In this document: positions 9,404 through 18,335 of the stretch, piece by piece
How the letters are laid out: each line of letters opens with the position of its first letter
Numbering within the stretch: position 1 is the first letter of the stretch
The notes under the pieces: model-generated
Database searches by the model: none
What the model was told of the DNA's origin: nothing
The model's input: only the letters and a program-made list of their open reading frames with translations
Program-made: the position numbers and the translations under genes
DNA from: Rickettsiales bacterium
Lineage (GTDB): Bacteria; Pseudomonadota; Alphaproteobacteria; UBA8366
NCBI GenBank assembly: GCA_038131165.1
Contig: JAYPOZ010000011.1
Span: forward strand, 4,121 to 68,120
Length of the DNA stretch: 64,000 bases
Direction: 5' to 3'

Positions 9404-10614
9404 CCGACGGCCCCCGTCTCCCGCAGCCTGTCGATTTTCTCCTCGTCGTACCCGAGATGATCGCGGAGCACCGCGTCCGTGTGCTCCGCATGCATCGGCG
9501 CCGCCGTGGCCGCGCGGATCGGCGTGCCCGACATCTGCACCGGCGAGCGCAGGTTGGGGACGGTGCCGGCGAGCGCGTGCGGCAGATCTTCGGTCAGGCC
9601 GCGCTCCCGCACGAACGGGTCAGAGAGCGCCTCTCCCATCTCGTTGATGGGTCCGACGGGGGCGCCCTTCTCGTGCATCCGCGCAATCCAGGCATCGCGG
9701 GTATCGGTGGCGAGGATTTCCGTGACGATCTCGTAGAGCGCGTCCCGGTTCTCCAGGCGCTGCGGGTTGGCGGCGAAGCGCGGGTCTTTGGCAAGTTCGG
9801 GCCGGCCCAGGCCTTCGGCGAATTGCACGAAGCTGCGCTCGCTGGCGCAGGTCACCTGGATCAGTTTGCCGTCCTTGGCGGGGAACACGCCGATCGGCTG
9901 GGCGGCGTTGCTGCCGTTGCCGACTCGGGGCAGCTCGGTGCCGTCCAGGAGGTAGCGGATGCCGTAGTGCGAGAGGGACGCGACGGCGACGTCGAACAGC
10001 GGCACCTCGATAAACTGGCCCAATCCCGTGCGTTCCCGCGCGAAAAGGGCCGCGAGCACGCCTTGCACGGCGTAATGTCCGGTCTGCGTGTCGATCACCG
10101 CGAGGCCCGTCCGCATGGGGCCGGATTCCTGGCTGCCGTTGGTCGCCATCTGGCCGCTTTCCGCCTGCACGACGGGGTCGTAGGCGGCCCGCGTGGCCTG
10201 CGAGCCTTCGCGGCCATAGCCCGAGATCGAGCAATAGATCAGGCGCGGATAGCGCTCGCGAAGGTTCTCGTAGCCGAAGCCGTGCCGGTCCATGACGCCG
10301 GTGCGGAAATTCTCGACCAGAATGTCGGCGGTGGCCAGAAGGTCATGGACCACGGCCTTGCCGCCATCGTCGCCGAGATTGACGCCGACGCTCGCCTTAT
10401 TGCGGTTGAGCGACAGAAAATACGGCGAATCGCATTTCATGTCGGGCGGTTTGTGGTACCGCAGGTCGTCGCCCGTGCGCGGATCTTCCAGTTTGATGAC
10501 CTCGGCGCCGAAATCCGCGAGGCACATGGTGCAATGCGGACCGGCGACAATACGGCTGAAATCGATGACGCGAATGCCCTTCAAGGCCCCGTCGAGCGGC
10601 GTTTGTGGCGACAT
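9400..10614 (-). CDS. family III CoA-transferase (CaiB/BaiF type)
   Basis: 404-aa ORF. Motifs LKGIRVIDFSRIVAGPHCTMCLADFGAEVIKLE, ENFRTG and ISGYG. GAGGAAGGA RBS. Its stop overlaps the start of the desulfurase gene by 4 nt. Confidence 0.85.
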   Translation of the reverse strand: MSPQTPLDGALKGIRVIDFSRIVAGPHCTMCLADFGAEVIKLEDPRTGDDLRYHKPPDMKCDSPYFLSLNRNKASVGVNLGDDGGKAVVHDLLATADILVENFRTGVMDRHGFGYENLRERYPRLIYCSISGYGREGSQATRAAYDPVVQAESGQMATNGSQESGPMRTGLAVIDTQTGHYAVQGVLAALFARERTGLGQFIEVPLFDVAVASLSHYGIRYLLDGTELPRVGNGSNAAQPIGVFPAKDGKLIQVTCASERSFVQFAEGLGRPELAKDPRFAANPQRLENRDALYEIVTEILATDTRDAWIARMHEKGAPVGPINEMGEALSDPFVRERGLTEDLPHALAGTVPNLRSPVQMSGTPIRAATAAPMHAEHTDAVLRDHLGYDEEKIDRLRETGAVG

Positions 10615-10715
10615 GCTTGTTTTCCTTCCTCGTCCCGGGTTGTATTTAGCGCAATGTCGGCCGGCTTAAACCGTGCCCGACCGGCCAACGCGATAGGGAC
10701 ACAGGGGAGAGACAC

Positions 10716-11474
10716 ATGAGCGGAGACGGAAAGATCGCGATCATTACAGGCGCGGGCAGCGGCATCGGCCGCGCCTCGGTACTGGCCTTGCTGAAGGAGG
10801 GCTGGTCGGTCACCTTGGCGGGGCGACGGGTGGAGCCGATGGAAGAGACCGTCAGCCTGGCCGGGGCCGATGGCGCGCGCACGCTGGTCGTCTCGACGGA
10901 CGTTGCGGACGAGGCCGCGATGCGGGCGTTGTTCGATGCCACCAAGGACAAGTTCGGGCGGCTCGATTTCCTTTTCAACAATGCGGGAATGGGCGTGCCG
11001 CCGGCGGACCCGGATGAGATATCTTTCGCCGATTGGAAGAAAGTCGTCGACGCGAACCTCCACGGCACGTTTCTTGGCATCCAGAACGCCTTCCGGCTGA
11101 TGCGGGCGCAGGACCCGAAGGGCGGGCGTATCGTAAATAACGGCTCGATTTCTTCCTACACTCCGCGGCCGGGCTCGATCCCCTACACCTCGACCAAGCA
11201 TGCGGTGACGGGGCTCACCAAGACGGCTTCCCTCGATGGCCGCAAGCACGACATCGCGGTCGGGCAGTTGGATGTGGGCAACGCCGCGACGCCGATGACC
11301 GCGCGCATGGCGAGAGGAGTCCCCCAAGCCAACGGCACGACGATGATCGAGCCCACCATGGACGTGCAGAACGTCGCCAACGCCATCGTCTATATGGCGA
11401 GCCTGCCGCTGGATGCGAATGTCCAATTCATGACCGTGATGGCATCGAAGATGCCGTATGTCGGGCGGGGATAG
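10716..11474 (+). CDS. short-chain dehydrogenase/reductase (SDR)
   Basis: 252-aa ORF. Motifs TGAGSGIG and NNAG, with the YTSTK catalytic Tyr/Lys. GGGGAGAG RBS. Confidence 0.85.
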   Translation: MSGDGKIAIITGAGSGIGRASVLALLKEGWSVTLAGRRVEPMEETVSLAGADGARTLVVSTDVADEAAMRALFDATKDKFGRLDFLFNNAGMGVPPADPDEISFADWKKVVDANLHGTFLGIQNAFRLMRAQDPKGGRIVNNGSISSYTPRPGSIPYTSTKHAVTGLTKTASLDGRKHDIAVGQLDVGNAATPMTARMARGVPQANGTTMIEPTMDVQNVANAIVYMASLPLDANVQFMTVMASKMPYVGRG

Positions 11475-11512
11475 CGAGGCGGTCTCGCGGCGCGTCAAAG
11501 TAGGACTTCGTA

Positions 11513-12241
11513 CTATTTGACGAGCGCCACGATTCCCATGACCAATACCAGGGTGACGACGACGCGCCGAAACAGCGTCTCCGAGGCGCCCTTGAAGAAA
11601 TGGCTGCCGATCCAGATTCCGGTCATGTAGACCGGGGCCAGCAGCAGGCTCAGCAACAGCGCATCGAGGCTGTAGAGATCGTGCCAACCATAGGCCGCCA
11701 GGCGCAGGACCATGGCGAGCGAGAAATAGGCGACGATGCCGGCCCGTGTCTGAGCCGCGTTGCTGCCCTTGGCGAGCAGGAACATCACCACCGGCGGTCC
11801 GCCGAGGCTCGCGATGCCGCTGCAAAATCCGCCGATTGCGCCGATGCCGGCGCTGAGCGGTCTGGTAACTTCGCCCCTATATCGCCAGCCCGTCGCGATC
11901 ATAAGGCCGAAGACAACCACGATCGCGGCGATGGCACGGCGCGTCAGCTCGGGATCGACGTCCGCCAGCGCCCAGGCGCCGAGCGGCAAGGTGAGCGCCG
12001 CAGCGACGCAGAGCGGGGCGAGGGACCGCCAATCGGCGTCGCGGTAGGCGGTACGGGCCAGCTGCAGCACGCCCGGCACTTCGATCAGCGACATCAGCAC
12101 GACGGCGGGAATCGGCCCGTAGGAGATGACCAGCGCCGGGATGATGATCAGCGCCGCGCCGAACCCCGTGAATCCGCGCGAGAGACCGCCCAGGAAAACG
12201 GCCCCGAGGGCGAATGCGAGCAACGGGTCGAATGTGATCAA
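11513..12241 (-). CDS. TauE/SafE-family (DUF81) sulfite/organosulfonate exporter-like membrane protein
   Basis: 242-aa ORF that is hydrophobic throughout, with about 7-8 predicted helices and the two-half repeat pattern typical of the family. Confidence 0.65.
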   Translation of the reverse strand: MITFDPLLAFALGAVFLGGLSRGFTGFGAALIIIPALVISYGPIPAVVLMSLIEVPGVLQLARTAYRDADWRSLAPLCVAAALTLPLGAWALADVDPELTRRAIAAIVVVFGLMIATGWRYRGEVTRPLSAGIGAIGGFCSGIASLGGPPVVMFLLAKGSNAAQTRAGIVAYFSLAMVLRLAAYGWHDLYSLDALLLSLLLAPVYMTGIWIGSHFFKGASETLFRRVVVTLVLVMGIVALVK

Positions 12242-12290
12242 GAGATCACAGCGATGCGTCTGGAACCGGCCGCCATTCTATGGATCAAGG

Positions 12291-13712
12291 TCACTCCGCC
12301 GCGATGGTGGCGCTCTGCCCGGCTGCGTCGTAATTGCCCGCGACCAGCAATTTCATCAGATCGTCGATGTCCGTAAGTTCGGGCAGGCGGCGGACCGTCT
12401 CGGCGATCGCGGCCAAATCGACGCTTGGATCGACCATGTCGATGAGCGGCCGTGCTTTCTCCATGACACCCTCGAAGGATAGCGGCCGGTCCGGCGATCC
12501 GAGCGCGTCGATGACTTCGGCGGAGGCTTCCCTGCCGCCCTCGAAGGTTACCACGACCCGGTTCGCCATTCGGTCCGGCAGGTAGCCGTCGAGTTTCGGG
12601 TCGTGATGGGCTTCGATCTTGTCGATCAGCGAGATGATCGTCGGGTCGCGGTGGTATTCGGCCTCGTAGGCGCCGTACTTCTTGGGCCCGTAGGCGAGCG
12701 TCGCGGCGGTGATATAGGGCATGCTGTATTGCGCCGCCATCACCGAATCCGGCCGGCGGATCGCGTGTTTCTTGATCGCGTTGCCGGGCGAGTAAACGTC
12801 GATTTTCGCAATTCCGTTCGGGTCATGCGTGAAACCGTCGGTCGCCACTTCCAGGCAATCGATCAGCGAGTGGAACTTCCGGCAGCAGGAATAAGGCTTG
12901 AAGCTCATATTGTGGATCTCAAGCGGTGCGCCGTCCGCGCGCGCGAGCAGGTCGAGGTTCGGGCTCTCGCTGTAGAGGTGATAGAACGCGAGCGGCCCTT
13001 CGAGCGAATTGATCGGCGCCGACATTTCCAGCCGCCCGAGTTGTGCCGCCATAACGCCATGCATGGCGGGTATGCCCGCGTGCATGCGTTTCACCATGGT
13101 GCCCTGCGGCTCATGGGCGAACTGCGACGATCCGCTGACCATCGATAGAGCCAGTCCCCAGGAGCGCGCCAGACCTTCCGCGTCGAGGTTCATGAGCTTG
13201 GCCGCCGCGGCCGCCGCGCCGAAGGGGCCGAACAGGCAGGTGGCGTGAAAGCCGCGCTCGGTCACTTTCTGCGAAATGGCGGCCCGGCCGATGCGTGACA
13301 TCGCTTCGTATCCCGCCGCAACGGCCGCCAAGATGTCGCGGCCCTGCGCGCCGGTTTCGGCCGCGACGGCGAGCGCCGCCGTAATGACCACCGCGCCCGG
13401 ATGGCTGCTGGAGGCTTCGTGGGTGTCGTCGAGCTCGTAGCCGTGCGCCGCCGTGCCGTTGGCGAGTGCGGCCGTCGCCGCATTGGCCAGCTCGCCGGAG
13501 CCGATGAGGCGCGCCGGGCCGGCCGACTTCTGTTCCTGCGCCCAGGCCCGCATCTTGCGGCCCCACGGTTGCGCCGACCCGCACAGCGTGACCGCTGCAT
13601 AATCGAGAATCAGGCGCTGCAATTGCGCGATATCGTCTTCCGTCAGCGTCGCCGCGTCGAGCGCGATCATCTCCGCGGCTAGTTCCAGGCTCGATAAGTG
13701 CGAATTTGGCAT
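12291..13712 (-). CDS. MmgE/PrpD-family dehydratase-like protein
   Basis: ORF 12291..13736, with a preferred start at ATG 13712 behind GGAGAGGG. Motifs AHGYELDDTH, PGAVVITAALA and FKPYSCCRKFHS are typical of PrpD-family proteins. Confidence 0.85.
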   Translation of the reverse strand: MPNSHLSSLELAAEMIALDAATLTEDDIAQLQRLILDYAAVTLCGSAQPWGRKMRAWAQEQKSAGPARLIGSGELANAATAALANGTAAHGYELDDTHEASSSHPGAVVITAALAVAAETGAQGRDILAAVAAGYEAMSRIGRAAISQKVTERGFHATCLFGPFGAAAAAAKLMNLDAEGLARSWGLALSMVSGSSQFAHEPQGTMVKRMHAGIPAMHGVMAAQLGRLEMSAPINSLEGPLAFYHLYSESPNLDLLARADGAPLEIHNMSFKPYSCCRKFHSLIDCLEVATDGFTHDPNGIAKIDVYSPGNAIKKHAIRRPDSVMAAQYSMPYITAATLAYGPKKYGAYEAEYHRDPTIISLIDKIEAHHDPKLDGYLPDRMANRVVVTFEGGREASAEVIDALGSPDRPLSFEGVMEKARPLIDMVDPSVDLAAIAETVRRLPELTDIDDLMKLLVAGNYDAAGQSATIAAE

Positions 13713-13832
13713 CTTTCCCTCTCCGATCTCCTGCATAGTTCATTACCTAACATCATTGTAGGCGAGAGCAATCGCGCGTACTGACGAAAAATTCGCGGCG
13801 GCGATTGCCGTTCATACGGGGAAGAATACGCA

Positions 13833-14057
13833 ATGGAGCAGTATCCGGCCGTTCAATTCATGGTAAAACATGGCGGGAAGCTCGCCATTCTGGTCGGCCT
13901 TGCCTTGCCGTTGCTGGTCGTGCTGGGCGTATTCGTGGCCGGCTGGCATTGGATTTGGCTCGTCGGCGCCGTGGTTGCCGGCGGCGCCCTGGGTTTTGCC
14001 TTCCGGACCTTCGCCGAGTTGACCCAGATTATCGCCGATATGCTGCTGCCGCAGTAG
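13833..14057 (+). CDS. small hypothetical membrane protein (two predicted TM helices)
   Basis: 74-aa ORF with two hydrophobic stretches (LAILVGLALPLLVVLGVFVAG and LVGAVVAGGALGFAF). No family recognised, so it may be spurious. Confidence 0.35.
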   Translation: MEQYPAVQFMVKHGGKLAILVGLALPLLVVLGVFVAGWHWIWLVGAVVAGGALGFAFRTFAELTQIIADMLLPQ

Positions 14058-14139
14058 CCGGTCACAGACGGACGGCCTAAAATTTCGGCAAGTCCCATCC
14101 GGCAAGTCCCATGAGGTAGGGTTTACCCCTATATGGGGA

Positions 14140-14153
14140 TAGGGAATTCCCTA
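14140..14153. promoter_or_regulatory. perfect 14-bp palindrome TAGGGAATTCCCTA upstream of the mcp gene
   Basis: Located 77 nt upstream of ATG 14230 in an AT-richer gap. Preceded by the tandem direct repeat CGGCAAGTCCCAT (14086-14098 and 14100-14112). Confidence 0.35.
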
Positions 14154-14229
14154 GTTATCTGAGCGAGCCTGCCTTTGGTATGAACTCCTTCAACAATCGA
14201 AACAATTAAAGACTGAAGGAGCTTTATAG

Positions 14230-15768
14230 ATGCTTGGTCTCGTTTCGTCCTCGGGCGGGGTTTCGGCGAAAATGATGGCTCAAATGCTGGACAGCATGCC
14301 GGTAAACGTCATGTTCTGCGAACTGAAGGAGTTCCGGATCGTTTATGCGAACGCGACGAGCAGAAAGACTCTCACGCGGTTGCAGGACCTGCTCCCTGAA
14401 GGTGTGACGGGCGACAATATCGTCGGGCAGTCGATCGACGTTTTTCACAAGGCGCCGGAACATCAGCGCAAACTCCTGTCCGATCCCGCGAACCTGCCCC
14501 ATCAGGCGATGATCCGGCTTGGGGATGAGATCCTCGAACTCAATGTGGACGCGCTTTACGACGGCCGGAAATATGTCGGTCCCATGCTGACGTGGTCCGT
14601 GGTGACCGAGCGCGAGCGGCTCCGCCGGATGGTCGACGTGATGCCGATCAACGTGATGATGTGCGACCCCCGCACATTGGAAATTAATTACGTTAACGGA
14701 ACAAGCATTGAAACCTTGCGGAGTCTGGAGCATCTCCTACCGATCAAGGCGGACGATCTGATGGGCACGTGCATCGATGTGTTCCACAAGGACCCGTCGC
14801 ATCAGCGGCGCATTCTTTCGGATCCGGGCAACCTTCCTTACCATTCGAAAATCAAGCTGGGAGACGAAGTGTTGGATTCGCGGGTGTCCGCGATTGAGGA
14901 TAAGTGGGGCAATTATGTCGGCCCGATGTTGACCTGGAATATTATTACGGCACAGCAACAATTGGCGGATACGGTGAGGAATGTCACGCAGTCCGTCGCG
15001 ACCGCGGCAACCCAGCTGCAGACCACCGCAAGTTCGATGTCGACATCGGCAAACGAAACCTCCGAACAATCGACGGCGGTCGCCGCTGCCGCGGAACAGG
15101 CGGCCGTCAACGTGCAGACCGTCGCGGCGGCCGCCGAGGAATTGGCCAGCTCGCTGCAGGAAGTGGGGCGGCAGGTCTCCGAATCCGCATCGATTTCGCA
15201 AACCGCGGTCAGCGATGCCGAGCGCACGAATGCGCAAGTTGAAGGGCTGGCCAGCGCTTCGCAACGTATTGGCGAAGTCGTGGACCTGATTCAAGATATT
15301 GCGGCACAGACCAATCTGCTGGCGCTCAATGCGACCATCGAGGCCGCGCGTGCCGGCGATGCGGGTAAGGGCTTTGCTGTTGTCGCCTCGGAGGTGAAGA
15401 GCCTGGCGGGGCAGACGGCAAAAGCGACGGAAGAGATCGGGGCGCAGGTCAGTGCGATTCAATCGGCAACTCATGACGCCGTCTCGGCAATCGAAGGGAT
15501 CGGCAGGACGATCAATCAAATAAACGAGATTTCGTCGGCGATCGCGACCTCGGTCGAGGAGCAGTCGGCAGCGACACAGGAAATCGCCCGCAATGTGCAG
15601 CAAGCCTCCGAAGGTACGAAAGAGGTCTCGGAAAACATCGTCCGGGTGCAATCGGGTGCCAATCAAACCGGGGAGTCTGCCAGCCTGCTCCTAAGTGCGG
15701 CCGAAGAGCTTTCCGAAAATTCCGCGACCCTTAACGGAGAGGTCGAACGGTTCATGTCGGGCAGCTAA
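14230..15768 (+). CDS. cytoplasmic methyl-accepting chemotaxis protein with two tandem PAS-like domains
   Basis: 512-aa ORF with a GAAGGAG RBS and no TM segment. An N-terminal module occurs twice (MPVNVMFCE...[22 protein letters not shown] and MPINVMMCD...[22 protein letters not shown]). The C-terminal MCP signalling hairpin reads [37 protein letters not shown]. Confidence 0.9.
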   Translation: MLGLVSSSGGVSAKMMAQMLDSMPVNVMFCELKEFRIVYANATSRKTLTRLQDLLPEGVTGDNIVGQSIDVFHKAPEHQRKLLSDPANLPHQAMIRLGDEILELNVDALYDGRKYVGPMLTWSVVTERERLRRMVDVMPINVMMCDPRTLEINYVNGTSIETLRSLEHLLPIKADDLMGTCIDVFHKDPSHQRRILSDPGNLPYHSKIKLGDEVLDSRVSAIEDKWGNYVGPMLTWNIITAQQQLADTVRNVTQSVATAATQLQTTASSMSTSANETSEQSTAVAAAAEQAAVNVQTVAAAAEELASSLQEVGRQVSESASISQTAVSDAERTNAQVEGLASASQRIGEVVDLIQDIAAQTNLLALNATIEAARAGDAGKGFAVVASEVKSLAGQTAKATEEIGAQVSAIQSATHDAVSAIEGIGRTINQINEISSAIATSVEEQSAATQEIARNVQQASEGTKEVSENIVRVQSGANQTGESASLLLSAAEELSENSATLNGEVERFMSGS

Positions 15769-15790
15769 AGGTATCCGATACGAAGCCAAC

Positions 15791-15818
15791 GAACGGTCGG
15801 CGTCAGCGTCGACCGTTC
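15791..15818. terminator. 9-bp-stem hairpin between convergent mcp and PP2C genes
   Basis: GAACGGTCG (15791-15799) pairs with CGACCGTTC (15810-15818) across a 10-nt loop. No clear U-tract. Overlaps the last codons of the PP2C ORF. Confidence 0.3.
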
Positions 15819-17032
15819 CGACTCGCGCTATATCGGGACAGCCAAATCGCGGTCAGGTCGTCTTTTAGCGGATGCTCGACCGTCCCGTCAAAACGGTCGA
15901 GAACGAAGCCCAGCGGATTGCGGGCTTTCGTCTCCAGCGCCTCAACCGCGAGGCGCAGCACCCCCTCCGTTTCGATGGAGCTGCCATCCTTTCGCGGACT
16001 CTCGAAAAGCGCATCGCTGAACAGAAAGAGGAAAGACCCTTCGGGAAAATCGATAACGCGGTCTTCGTAGGTGGAGCCGTGCCGCGCCCCCAACAGAATA
16101 CCGCTAGCGTCCTCGAGACGGGCTTCATTGCTCAGAGAACTGCCGACGATCAGTTCGGGCGAGGCAGCCCCCGCAAAGACGAGACGATCCTCCGACGGCT
16201 CGACAATCGCGCAGAGCATGGTCGCGAATTGTCCCGGTTGCAGCAGCTGATGGAGCGACGTGTTCACATTATTCAGAAAGGCTGCCGGCGACGAGGGCGC
16301 GCTATCGACCTCCTTGATGATGGCATCCAATCGAAACGTGTTCAGCGCGGCGGCAACGCCGTGTCCCGCGAAATCCGCCATGAAAATCATGAACCGCGAG
16401 TTGTCGAGCGCCCGAATACCCTAGGAATCACCGCCAAGCTCCGAGGAAGACCTGTAGTGCGAGGAAATTTCGCACCCGTATCGTCCGGCGATTTCTTGAG
16501 CATCCTCCTCGGACGGCACGATCTCCCGCTGCATGTCCCGCGCGGCCGCCAGTTCGTTCTCCAGCCGATTTCTGTATCGTGTGAGCTCGCTCAGGAGCAG
16601 CCTGCGTTCCAGTAAATCCCTCGACCGCTGGATCAAGAGTTCGCCGTCGATCGGTTTGGTAATATAATTCGTGGCCCCGTGCCGGAGGATCTCGTTGCGG
16701 CCTTCATGGGTATCCAAGGCCGTGGTGACGAGAACCGGCAGGTCGGCGGTTTCCGAGTTTGCGCGCAATTCCCGAAGGACACCGAACCCGTCCAGAACCG
16801 GCATGCTCATATCCAGGATCATCAGGTCCGGATTGAAAGTCTCTACTTTCTCCAGCGCCAAAGCGCCGTTCAACGCGATCTCTATGTTATGGAATCCACC
16901 GACTTCCAGATGCATTTTGACGAAATCGCAGATCAAGTCGTCATCGTCGACGACCAGAATCGGACATCTGGAGAGTTCGAACTCGACGGCGTTTTGTTTG
17001 CCGTCCTCGGCATTATCGAAGGGCTGCATCAT
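15803..17032 (-). pseudogene. response-regulator receiver fused to PP2C/SpoIIE serine phosphatase (RsbU-like), interrupted by one in-frame TAG
   Basis: ORFs 16421..17032 (REC: ILVVDDDD, ILDMSMP, YITKP, then ...SSELGGDS-stop) and 15803..16390 (MADFAGHGVAAAL, FLFSDALFE, DDLTAIWL) are in the same frame. They are separated only by TAG at 16421-16423 and 10 sense codons (GIRALDNSRF). Confidence 0.8.
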
Positions 17033-17862
17033 CGAGCGGAATCACGTTGGCGATTGATGACGAAATTGAGCCGCCGGCCCCCTAAATCAATCGTGCAGCT
17101 GTCTGCGAGCGAGGCGATGAGCGGTATACCGCGCCGCGGCCGCTCCGCGGGCACTGCGGGCATTTCCGAGAAGGCGTAACCCGCTCCTTCGTTCGTGACG
17201 CTGACGAAGAGTTCATCCGCCGTCCAGTGGGCGCTGATCTCCAACCGACGCGCCGCCAGCGCGGGGGTCGCCAGGCGTTCTTCGACACGGCCGTATTGCT
17301 CCTCCAAACCGTCTATTCCGGTGCCGTTCGGGGCGCTTTCGACTTCGAGGTTTCCATGCAGTATCGCATTTGCCGTCGCCTCTTGCAGGATGATCGACAG
17401 GTCAACCTTCAGTGATGCTCTCAACTGCAGGCAAGTGTCGAGCAGACTGCAAAAATGATAAGCAATGTCGGAACCGTAGGCCGTGCGCGAGGAAATATTG
17501 ATAAAGGCTTGATCGCCGCGAAGACGCTTGATCGCCGAGCGCAGCAGTTCGATGTCGCCCGGACCCGTGTATTCGATAATGCCGCCGAACGGTTGATCGG
17601 CGAGGGCGATCAACACCTTGGAGGGCAAATCTTCGGCCATGAAAAGCTTGTTAAGCGCGGAGGCGTTCGACCCGGATTGAAGGGGCCGGCCCGGCTCGGA
17701 GGTGTCGCAGATGGCGACTTCCCTGACAGCAAGGTCCGAAAGAACGTCCGCTAGCGAAGGATTATTCAGGCATCCATCGTGGCAAACTTCGATTTCCGAT
17801 AGATGTGCGATCAATCGCACTCCCGGTTTGGCCTGTGCGGATATCCGCGCAAATACACCCAC
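17029..17862 (-). CDS. RsbW/SpoIIAB-like serine kinase (HATPase_c_2) with an unrecognised N-terminal domain of about 130 aa
   Basis: 277-aa ORF. The C-terminal half has the N-box ILQEATANAILHGN and the G-box VSVTNEGAGY. GTG start at 17862 is uncertain. Its stop overlaps the REC-PP2C start by 4 nt. Confidence 0.65.
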   Translation of the reverse strand: MGVFARISAQAKPGVRLIAHLSEIEVCHDGCLNNPSLADVLSDLAVREVAICDTSEPGRPLQSGSNASALNKLFMAEDLPSKVLIALADQPFGGIIEYTGPGDIELLRSAIKRLRGDQAFINISSRTAYGSDIAYHFCSLLDTCLQLRASLKVDLSIILQEATANAILHGNLEVESAPNGTGIDGLEEQYGRVEERLATPALAARRLEISAHWTADELFVSVTNEGAGYAFSEMPAVPAERPRRGIPLIASLADSCTIDLGGRRLNFVINRQRDSAR

Positions 17863-17900
17863 CTGGGCCTGTTCGGCGTAATGCCCGGATCAACAGGCGA

Positions 17901-18206
17901 TCAAACGAACGGCACGAGCTGGTCGAAACGGGCGGATTGCAGCATTTTTTGAACCTGGCCGTCGTCAGGTACCTTTAAAGAGAGCGTTTGCTCGCTCTTG
18001 CTGCACGCATCCTGACTGCGCAGCAGCAGTCCCAAGCCGGCGGAATCAATGAATTCCAACTTCGAAAGATTGATGATCTTGTTGTTCGATTCATCTGCGG
18101 TCAGTTCGCCGATCAGCTTTCTGCAGATGGTATGCTCGTCGAACGTCAGGCGACCGATGAGATCGACTTCGAACCCGTCCTCGCTCTTGCTGCAACTATA
18201 CTCCAT
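17901..18206 (-). CDS. STAS-domain anti-sigma-factor antagonist (RsbV/SpoIIAA-like)
   Basis: 101-aa ORF with the phosphorylatable-serine motif LEFIDSAGLGLLL. Confidence 0.8.
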   Translation of the reverse strand: MEYSCSKSEDGFEVDLIGRLTFDEHTICRKLIGELTADESNNKIINLSKLEFIDSAGLGLLLRSQDACSKSEQTLSLKVPDDGQVQKMLQSARFDQLVPFV

Positions 18207-18335
18207 TCATCCGCACCCCTGAAATGTGGCGAACCCAATCGATCGCCACAATGTCCATTATCAGTAGTTCTAGGTTAATCTACTCAAAGACCCGTTGACA
18301 ATTTATTAAGATTGCCCGGGTCTTCGCCCATCGGA

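Noticed and set aside
16421-16423. TAG read as pyrrolysine or a programmed read-through signal
   Set aside because: There is no pyl gene context, the lineage is not known for Pyl, and the codon falls in a conserved catalytic motif where an ordinary aromatic residue is expected. A point mutation or sequencing error is simpler.
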